NCBI GenBank assembly: GCA_043228905.1 | Contig: JBHGNT010000003.1 | Location: forward strand, 5,518,001-5,582,000 | Source: Azolla caroliniana | Lineage: Eukaryota > Plantae > Polypodiophyta | Direction of reading: 5' to 3' | Length of the DNA: 64,000 nucleotides | Part shown: in pieces, positions 11,511 to 21,897 of the stretch | Layout of the letters: each line of letters begins with the position of its first letter | How positions within the stretch are numbered: position 1 is the stretch's first letter | Position numbers and translations under genes: made by a program | Notes under the pieces: model-generated | Told to the model about the DNA's origin: nothing | The model's database searches: none | The model's input: the letters and a program-made list of their open reading frames with translations, nothing else

Positions 11511-14500
11511 ATGGCTGAAGAGGCTGCTACATCCCTGCATCTTCATCATCATTATCATCATCATCACTATCATCATCATCATTATCATCATCATCAACAA
11601 TCTCACCATTTTAACCACATCTGTTGCAATTCGAATGATGGATTCAAGGGAGTGTGCGAGAAATCTAGAGCAGCTCTTGACAGTTTGAAGCAGCTCTTCC
11701 TCATTCGTAGGAAGGATGAGGAGGAGGCTGCATCCCTTCATCATGATCAGAATCTTCCACCGCCTTACCGCCTGATCAAATTTAGTTGGGATTCTAATGA
11801 AAGCGGAGATGCGTGTGAGAAATCCAAGGAGGCTTTTCATGATTTGAACCTGCTCTCAATTCCTCCGGAACCTCAGCTGGAGCAGCAGCGCTCTCATCTG
11901 ATGAATGATCTCAGCGATAAGAACCTGTTCCTCATCCGCATAGAGACAGGTAAGACAACACAGTACGTGTCATACTCCAGGGAAGGACATGATTGGGGTA
12001 GCAACGACATCATGGTCAATTTAAGCGGCGACACTACTCTGATGCAAAGGATGGATTACCTCGCGCGTGCCGCCAATTTTAGAGGTGGAGCAGTTCATCT
12101 CCTGCATCTCACGGTTCTCACCGCAGAAGAACAGTCGGCTTGGCTGGATGCGCTCTCTCTGGCTTCAGAGTGTAATGCGGCGCCAAAGAGCCTGCTCATC
12201 TCCAACTGTGATTTCGACATTTATCATGTCCTTCGTGCCCTGAAGAAGTTCAATGGCCTCGACCATCTTTCGCTGCAGTGGATGAGGATTAACGATCAGT
12301 GCATAGAGGCGTTATGCGACTTTAGCTCCCTCACTAGCTTCCACCTTGAAGGTATAGACGTCTCTGGAAAATTTGTTGCACAATTGGCAGAACTTCGTCC
12401 CTCACATTCACCCCTCGCAGCCTCTCTCCAGAGACTGCACATAGATTCCATATCCATTGACTGGGGAAGGAGCACTGGCTTACTACAGAACTGGCCAAAG
12501 CTCCAAGAGCTTTCTCTCAGCACTTATAAGGATATGAAAGATATGGAGCTAATCAATTTCATGGCGCACCTAGCACCACCGTTCATCGGAGAGCAGACAT
12601 CTGGCAGTGATTCAGCATCACCCCTTCAGTTATACAGCCTTGATATGCAGCGTAACATTGCAGATAGTCCTCATTTAGGTTATTCATCAGCGGAATTAAG
12701 CCAATCTGCTATTGCTGCAGTGGTGGATGCTCTTGCTCGATCTGGCCTTCCTTTCTTTCAGCATCCTAAGATGAATCCCACCATCCAAGCCCAGCTATGG
12801 AGGAACCAGCGCAATCGCATACTGAGATCAGGTTTGGAGAAAGCGCCTGCCACTTCCATGCCATTGCTCATCTGTGGAGATCAATTCTCAGGCAAAACAC
12901 TCACTCTCAAATATTTACATCAGACTGCATCATTTGATCTCAGAAAGCAAACCCTAACGCTTGCATTTCGCATAATCCCTTTGGTGCAGGAAAGACTACC
13001 CTCGTTTCCACCATGCTTTCCATCTATGCAACCATACTGTTTCGCAGAGGTCGTACCCGCAGAATATCTTCTTTCCAAGCTCGCACACGAACAAGGGGAA
13101 TCAAAGTCCAGGCCATCCATCTACCCTGCATTCCATCAATGAGAAATAAGCTGAGAGACATTCTAATCCGCGGAAGTACCCAGATTGACTCCATACCGAG
13201 AATCGCAGTCACAGCCATCGAAAGAGAGGGAATTAGACTCTCACTATGGGACGTACCAGGCCCACAATTACCTGCCTTCCAGGATTGTATGTTCTTCGAC
13301 ATGCCATCTCTGTGGGTGTTTGTTTGGAGTCCTGTGGTGAGCGCAAATAGTGATCGAGGACCTATGAAAACTATGGTGGACTTCGAAGCAAGCTTCAGGT
13401 ACTGGCTCAGGTTCCTCGCCTCCAAAAGGCGCCAATCCATCACTACTCTTAAAGTGATGTTGGTATTCACAAGAGCAGATCAAATGGTGTCTGCCTCAAG
13501 CTCTCTCTCACCATGCATTCATTCACTTCGATCAGATTTCCTAGGGGTAATTGACATTGTCGACCCTCCTTTTGAAGTGGATGCGAGACAGGAGGGATCC
13601 GTCAAAGCTGTAGCCGAGCATTTCTTCAAAGTTGCCAGAGAGATGCTCCAAGGTGTTCAGACGTACAGCTTCTGCACACAAGTAAGCAAACAATTGTCCA
13701 AGCATTTGAAGAGCACAAATGAGCGAATCATTACATGGAAAAAGTTTACTAAAATTTGTAAACATTCTAGTCTCAGTGCTGCAGTCAATTTGAATACGAT
13801 CGCCTCAATCTTGACTGAGTCGGGAAGCATCATATACACCAACAAAACCACACACATTGTTCTTGATCCCAACTGGTTCTATAATCATATCATAACCAGC
13901 ATCATTCGCTTCACAAAGTCTGAACCATCTGAAGATACCCTTGAATTTAACAATGGTGTAGCTCGAGAATTCCTAGAGGGGAACTTGGAATCAACTACTG
14001 GATTTAAAGTAGAGGGATCGCTAGTGCTAAGATTGATGGAAGCAATGCATTTATGTTGCAAAGTTGGCATTGACCATGGTATCTCTGAAAGCAATGTGGA
14101 TCTGATCTTTATCCCAGCCATATTGGCAAATGTGGGTGTGCAACAGCTCCAATGGGGTTCATGGCCAGCAACATGCAACTATGATGATAGTGATACTTTT
14201 GTGTATAGGGGCCGGAGGTTAGAGTGCGAAAATAAAGACCTTACTTTTCTTACACCAGGAATCTTTCCTAGGATTCAAATCTTATTTAACAATGCATTCC
14301 AATCTAATGGGAACATTATGCTTGGGAAAGATTCCATATCCATCCGTTTTCCAAACAAGGAGATCATTGTAGCGTTGTGCCAAGCGAAATCAAACTATGT
14401 CATAGATGTGTTGGTTCGAGCTGTAAAGAATATTGAATTAGAAGGCATGTCAAGAACCTTAGCGTACATGGAAAAGATTATTATCGACAACTTAATTATA

Positions 14501-16978
14501 TTATGTGCTCAACCCACTGGCATCCAAGGGGTCAAGTTAATAGAGAGTGTGATTCGACCCGAATGCTTACTTGATCCATCAAGGGGACAAGACAGAGATG
14601 ATCAATCCATGCAAATAACTTATTTGAAGGAACAACTAAGAGAAAAGCTTGAACGAGGCGAGCCAGAATGTTATGATTGGAAGTGGAATACGCATATGCC
14701 TTGTCATCAAACACATTATGATTTAATTGATCTCCTCGGTTTCGAGAATTATTGGGGAGTCGTTATTTCATGTAAAGCATGGTTGGAGCTAGTGTCGGGG
14801 GATGGATTGCTTAAGAATGAAGAAGACAATGAACTCAAGCAACCCCAAAGTCATGAAAATTTTACCATGATTAGCTTAAAAAATAACATGGCACAAGAGC
14901 GTCAAATATTAGAAGATGCAATTGAGGTACGACGTACCAAGTTCATGGCAAAGGTAGAATCAGATGATGCAATTGAGGTACAATCTAGCCAGTTTATGGG
15001 AATAGCCATCTCAAATTTACATAAAAAGGAGGATGCCACTAATAATGAGATCTTAGAGATAGACAAGAGGTTAAGCAAAATACATGAAAACCTTCAATGT
15101 ATGAGGAAGGATGTCATGACCAGGATTAAGAAATCTATAAGTACGCTGTTGAAGCTCCCTATGGAGAATGAGAATGAGAAACGACTCCCTCGTGTTGCCA
15201 TCCTTACGACCAATGGTGACAATGGAATACCTAATTTGGTGACGTCACTCTCAGGAGTGACATCGGTGAGAATCCAATTGTATTGTGAGGATCACATAAT
15301 TCCACACCCAGTGCAAAACCAACCTGGCATCACCTTCACCTCCTGCTCAAACTCTCAATCAGAATGTCTCTCGAAAGCTCTTCCATATATCAATGGTTTC
15401 TTTTACGTTTTGAGTGTAGCCATTATAATGGGTATTGACTCTGTTGATCCCCTTCCAAACCCTTCCATACTTGATTGGACTCGTCACAGCGAATTGGCCA
15501 AACAGTATCCTCTGCTATCAGGTACTATCGAATCAATGAAGGATATATGTACGTCATCAAGAATCTCTCCCCAATGTCCAAGCATGATAGAGTCTTTCAA
15601 TGAATCGCAAAAGTGGTTGGCAGCCGTATTGGTGGAAAATGGAGGTCTGACAGACCAAAACATAGCTGAGAAGTTTTGTCTCCGGCGTGCGATTTATGAT
15701 GATAAAACCGGCAGGAGTTCTGAAGTTGCATGGTTATGCGAGGCACACCATGAAATGGGACTTAGGAAGGATACGGAGGCTGCGTCCTTGCAACCATTGT
15801 TTCCCCTACCTCCAAATCGTCCGAAACTTCCAACCCCTCACCGCCTCATCGTTATGAAGTGGAAACCCTATGAAATTAGAGAGGCTTGCGAGAAATCCAG
15901 AGCAGCTCTTGATAGCTTGAAGCCATTGTCGATTACTTTGGAAGCTATTAGTGATCAACGTATGTTGGGGCGGCAGCAACTCTCTCAACTGATTAATGTG
16001 GAGAACCTGTTCATCATCGCTAAGAACAAGCTAGGAAACAACGGAATAGCATATTGGTCAAATGTAGAAGAGAACGACAGCAGAGAACGAGCCTGGAAAT
16101 GGGGCAGCAGAGACATAATGCTGAATTTAGGAGATGTTACGTCCAAACTACGGATGACCATACTCACTGCTTCCGCCATTCTCACTGGCGGAGCTGTCCA
16201 TCTCCTCCTGAATCTACATAATTATCTAACCGAAGATGAGGAGAGGGTTTGGGTGAAGGCTCTCTCTCTTGCTGCAGATCGTGATGTGGCGCCCAGCAGC
16301 CTCGTCATCCAGGAATCACGATTCAGGGATGCTCATGGTCTTCTGAGTGCCCTCAAGAAAAACAAACGCCTCAAGCGTCTTTCCCTGCAGTTAATGCAGA
16401 TTAACGATAAGTGCGTAGAGGTGTTACGCGACTTCGCCTCCCTCGCTACCCTCCACCTTCACTATGTGTACACATCCGAAGAGTTTGTGATGAAATTGGC
16501 GGACCTTCATCCCTCACATTCACCCCTCGCAGACTCTCTCCAGAGACTGCATATAATTGGCTCACCCATTGACTGGAGAAGGAGCACTGGTTTTCTGCGC
16601 CACTGGCCGCAGCTCAAAGAGCTGTCTCTATTCAGTTCTGGCAAATATATGACAGAGGAGGAGCTAATGGATTTCATGGATCACCTAGCTCCGCCAAAGA
16701 AAGGGGCGGAGACAGTTGGCAGCACCCCCCATTCATCTCCTCCTCAGTTATATAGCCTTGAGTTAGGTAACTTTAAAGGCGATTTAAGCGAATCTGCTAC
16801 TGCTGCGGTAGTGGATGCACTTTCTCGCTCCCGCCTTCCTTTCTTTAAAATTCAATGCATTGATAGTAGTGGGAAGAATCCTGCCATCGTGGCCCAGCTG
16901 AAAAGGAACCAGCTCAATTATATAGAGAGAGACGCTGCAAAAGTGAGAACGATAAAAGAGAAGGAAAAAAAGGGGTAG
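11511..16978 (+). CDS. TORNADO1-like LRR-ROC-COR (ROCO) protein, ~1789 aa, join(11511..12891,12990..16978), with a second LRR module fused at the C-terminus
   Basis: Removing a 98-nt GC..AG intron (12892..12989) joins the two long ORFs in frame and gives P-loop GDQFSGKTTL. TRN1-type motifs: RTRGIKVQ, SLWD, FRYWLRFLAS, VFTRAD, LDPNWF, GRRLEC..LTFLTPG.FPR, LYCED..PHPV.NQPG, AWLC. The N-terminal part is LRR-like. Confidence 0.85.
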
Positions 16979-17732
16979 ATTAAAATCCCCTAGGTGTTTG
17001 TGGCACCTGAACTTGATGTGCTCTGGGCAATGGGTATAGGAATTCTGATTATGCTGAAAATAGCTTATTTGAAGGAACACTTGAGAAGAAGAAAGCTTTT
17101 ACTGGGTAAAAGCCAGAATCTTATGAATGGAAATGGGCAAACTCAATTTGTGGAACTTCTAGAGCGTTTTGGGTGCGGCTCTGTTTCTGCTATCTCCAGG
17201 AACCCTACAAGGCTCTGATTCTTTAGCCACGCCCGAATTTGAGGTGTGATTTCGATATCAACCTGTTCTCGTTGTCTATCAGTTTCTGTTGGTGTTGATA
17301 CTAGCTTGTCCTTCTATGTGCTTCCGGCTCCTACATACCTTGTGTGCGCTAATCTGCTCGGCTTTCTTCTTCTGTGCAAGAAATGTGCCTTATTGTCTGC
17401 GTTGTAGGTTTTTGTAAAAGTGTTTCATATCACGACATGAAATAGCTTCGTCTATTTTTAGAATATTTTAGTACATCATTCTTTTTCAACACACGTTCTG
17501 AATTATTACTTTTCCGACAATTGTCTTATGGTTATGTGCGGCGAAATTAAGTGTGACAAACTTTAAATACCGCTTTAGTGATATCCCAAAATTTTCTCTC
17601 CTTTTCTCATATTTGCCAAGAATTCCAAAACTACCCTTTAACTCAAAATAGTCCTTATTTACATTTATAATGCATCAAAATTGCAGAATTAGCCGTTCGG
17701 CTTTAACTCGAAAGGGACCCTCCTCGTGTGTA

Positions 17733-18315
17733 TGATGTTATTAAGATTGTCCCTCCTTACAGGGGAGTCAGCCGAAAAACCGAAGCGAGATTAGCTGGCC
17801 GAAATCTGCCGAAATTGGCTGAGGAGCCGAACCATGACACGGCTGACCGAAATCGGCCGAAGAGCCAAAGTGTGTCCAATAAGAGTTCAAATGAGTATAT
17901 ATGAGAATATATATATTTACATATACATATTCATACATGTAGGGAAGTTGGGTTAGTATATATATATATAGGCATAGTCATGTATGTGGTATAAATCATG
18001 AAGAGTAAAAATAGTGAGAGTAACTATATATAGTGAACAAAAGTGTGAAAAGGGATATATAGAGTGTGAATAAGCGTAAGAGTGTGTAAGAGAATGAAAA
18101 CGTTGTTGTGTTGTTACGCGCGTGCGTGGGGAACGAGGCGGGACCACGGGAACCTTGGACCGAGAAATAACCGAATGAGAAGAGGGGAAGGAAACTACCG
18201 ATGTACTTCACAGGAGTTGCAACTAACTCTGAACAATGGAGACAGAACGAATGTATATGTATATATAAATCAAGGGGTTACAACCGGCAAGCCGGCGAGT
18301 GATAGGCTCCGACGC

Positions 18316-18349
<34 letters not shown>

Positions 18350-20390
18350 CGCGAGATGGAGACTCTGCCGGAAGCACTCCGGCGTTCCGCGGAGCAAAGT
18401 CAGCCTCTCAAAACCTGCACAGAACGACTATGGAGACGACAGAGGAGAAGAGCTCAGTTTCAGTCTGGCAGCACTTCGTCCTCCATAAAAGGTGATCCCC
18501 CCTTTACAATACCTCTCCCTCTCTTTTATAGCCCAAGGAGGGAGGCCGTTACCACCCGTTACATCATGTTTATTCCCTATCCGAAAGGATAGGGATATGC
18601 CTCGATTTTCTCTCTAATGAATGCGTGCTACCTAGGATTTCACCTAAGCCGACTTGTACCTATCTACGTACTATACGACAAAACTTGTGCCCACATGTAA
18701 GGGCCGGTTTACCCACGTTATACCCAGTTTCCGCCTAGGGATGGTTTTCTCCACGACAACGTGTTGCATGAATGTGCTGCAAGTGCAGAGTGACAAAGAG
18801 CTATAGCTCTGACGCTGAGCGCAAAGGAAGAAAAGAAAGAATAGAGCAATAGAAAAGAAAGAGAGACAGAACAGAGAAGCTTTGGAACCTTCGAAAGAGA
18901 TAGATACCAACGAGTTAGGGTTTGGTGCACTCAGCTGAAATTGTGGTTTTAGAGAACATCCATACCAAATCAGGTTCTATCATTCTGTGATTGTATTTCT
19001 TCTTGTCTCATAGTGGAAATTTCTATTCGCTATGGTTTTTCCCTAAAATTAGGGTTTTCCACGTAAATCGTGTGTTATTTGTTTTCGTTTGTTTGTGTCT
19101 CTGTATATTTGTGGTTTACATCTGAGTATAAAATCTATCAAACTAGCATTAGATCATAGGTTCTAGATGGAAAAGGGTGTGAGTGGCTTTCCGGGGATGA
19201 TTGTCCTAAACTCACAAAACTACTCAGACTGGAATATCAAAATGGAAGATCTTCTAATAGTCAAAGATCTATATGAGCCTATCGAAAGGAAGGATAATAG
19301 AATTTGAGAGGAAAACTCTAAATAGAAAGGCAACGACAACTATAAGACAATGTGTAGACATTAGCATCCTACAACATGTAGCAAGTGATACCAATGCCTT
19401 CGAGTTATGGCATAAACTCTCTACCCTTTACGAAAGGAAAAATGCCTTAAATAAAACTTCCCTAATAACAAAAATAGTGAGACTAAAGTACGTAGATGGG
19501 GAGAGCATTGTAGAGCACATCAGTAATTTCATGGGACTGGTGAATTAGTTATCATCAATGAAGTTTCCATTAGATGATGTTATGTAGGCCACACTACTAC
19601 TATGTACTCTACTGGATAGTTGGGAAAACCTAATAGTGACACCCAATACCTCATGTAAATAAAACAACCTATCTTTACAAGTAGTAAAGACAAGTATTTT
19701 AAATGAGTAGACAAGAAGAAAGGATAAAAGTGCCATGTCTCAATCAAAAACTAATGTGACACAAGAACTTAGTAGAGGACGAAGCAAACACAGAAGTCTC
19801 GAAAATGGAGATAGATTTTATGCAAGGTCGAAATCTAGAGGAATACCTACATGCTTCTATTGCGGGAAGCCTTGTCACTTCCAAAAGAATTGTCGACACC
19901 TTAAAAAGGAAATGTGTGCTTGCTAACATCCACTCGCTGCAAGTTAATATTGAAGGATGTTCTCCATGTTCCAGATGTCTGATTGAATCTGATATTGGCT
20001 GGACGGATACACCACAAATGCTACAATGGTGGTTTTCATAATGGTACATGGAAGTTCTGTAAAGGGAGCTTGATTGTGGCTCGAGCTCAAAAACAGAACA
20101 TATTATATGTAATGCATGCCAAATTGTGCCGAGATGAAGCCAATGTAGTGGGTGACTCAGATCGTGAGTTGTGGCACAAAAGTCTCGGGCACATGAGCAA
20201 AAGGGGAATGCATATCCTTGCCGAAAAGGATTTTCTACTCGATGTGAAAGGAATACACCTTGAAAAGTGTGTTGATTGCTTGGCTAGAAAGTAGAATAGA
20301 ACAACCTTTCACTCTAGGCCTACGATGAGAAGAGAGCATGCCTTAGAACTGGTTCACATAGATGTGTGTTATGTGGATGCTCCATCACAC
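17733..20390 (+). mobile_element. Ty1/copia element, degenerate: 5' LTR (to 19140), PBS 19144..19155, gag from 19168, GAG-pre-integrase fragment
   Basis: The LTR ends ...CTATCA and is followed by degenerate iMet PBS TAGCATTAGATC. Gag motifs NYSDWNIKMEDLL, ELWHKL..LYERKN, a CFYCGK knuckle and LWHKSLGHMS. The LTR start is approximate. Confidence 0.8.
18104..18758 (-). mobile_element. Solo LTR inserted into the copia LTR, 4-bp TSD ACGT
   Basis: TGTTGTG...CACGACA termini, ACGT on both flanks. The segment is absent from the sister copy near 45445. Confidence 0.75.
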
Positions 20391-20686
20391 TGTTGTCGCG
20401 GTAATCCGCGAATAAGTGTAGGATCTTGGACTAGGGAGTAGAGGAGAAGGAATAAGACACTAAATGGAAGCTTAACTCAATAGGAGAAGAGGAAGAATAG
20501 CACATAAACATAGAATGGAATAGATGGAGGCAAGATACACCCACAAGACAAGAAAATCAACATGCTATATTAAGAGTTCACAAAAGATTACAACCAAGGC
20601 CACATAGGCCACACCAAAATGACTACAAGAAAACCCTAACCAGATGAGAAGCATAGAAAACCCTCAAGGAAACCCAAGAAGAAAAC
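20391..20686 (-). mobile_element. LTR fragment of another family, truncated by the chromovirus LTR
   Basis: Begins with TG exactly where the copia coding sequence stops. The purine-rich plus strand is typical of a reversed U5. Confidence 0.45.
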
Positions 20687-21897
20687 TGTCAGGAATAGCA
20701 CTAAGGCAGAGAGAGAATTAGTACTAAAGAAGAGAAGTATTATTAGTACTAAGAGGACGGGACTGCGTAAGATTCCCGAGAGAGAAAGAGAGAAAAGAGG
20801 AGAGAGAGATTGCGAGGATGAGAGAGAGAGAGAGATGATGATGATAACAACTAATATATTATGTGAAGGATAAGTACAAAGTGGCTAAGAGGCTTAAGAT
20901 TGGCATTGAACCAATTTGGTTCAACATAATGCCTAGTGCCTTCTTTTATAGTGTTCTCAGGAGTAATCCTGAAGCTTCTAGAATGTTCCAGAGAAATCTG
21001 GAATATACATTAATTTCCTATAATAAAACTTAAATGAAAATAATATCCCACGAATTACAATAGATGGTATAATGGTCAAGAGCTCAACCCATAAAACATA
21101 AGGTCATGGGTTTGAGTCTTTCCATATCATGACACTATCTCCCCCTTAAGACGACAAGTGGAACCAGTCGGCGTTGATTGCGGACCGGGTTTGTCCGGAT
21201 ACTTTTGCTGGAACTCAGCAAGAAGATCCGGAGCATTGGCGACATGCTCGACGGGTTCCCAAGTACATTCGCTCGGACTATAGCTGAGCCAATCGACCAA
21301 ATAATAAAGTTTGTTGCGAACAAATTTGGAGTCGAGGATGGCAGCAACTTCATACTCCGGGCCGGCGTCTAACTCAAGCGGGGGTGGCGGTGGTGGTGTA
21401 ACACGATCGGGAATAGTGTTTGCTTTATAAGGTTCAAGAAGAGAACTATGGAAGACCGGATGTATCCGAAGATGTGGATGAAGATCAAGGTGGAATGTGA
21501 CATCATTAACCTTACCGGTAATACGGAAAGGACCGAGTCGTCGATAATCCAACTTGTCGCACGGTCAAGTAGTCTTGTTGTGACGACGTAAAAGCCATAC
21601 TCGATCTCCAATGGCAAAAGAGGAGGGAAGCCGATGACAATCTGCGTAAGTCTTCTGTGTCTGTTGAGCATGACGAAGATGAGTCGAGAGATCCATCTGG
21701 ATCTTGCGTAGTCTCTCCAAATGATCCTCGGCACTAGGATTGATAGGTAGCTTCGGGGTGTTGATCACTTACCAGCGAGGATGAGAACCGGTATAAGCGT
21801 AGAATGGGGAGACTCGAGTTGAGGAGTGAACAACATTATTATACGCAAACTCTGCAAAATGTAGAATCTCGGCCCAATCGTCCTGTTGATAACTCAA
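20687..21897 (-). mobile_element. Chromovirus element 3 (same family as element 2): 3' LTR 20687..21134 plus integrase C-terminus/chromodomain
   Basis: ORF 21127..21552 is nearly identical to 5334..5756. LTR termini TGTCA...TGACA. Truncated by a copia LTR at 21898. Confidence 0.9.

Noticed and set aside
11475-11840. Poly-Met ORF on the minus strand
   Set aside because: Antisense shadow of the CAT microsatellite.
13013-13142. Programmed frameshift or two separate genes at the overlap of the 543-aa and 1321-aa ORFs
   Set aside because: Explained by the 98-nt intron, whose position is conserved in the paralogues.
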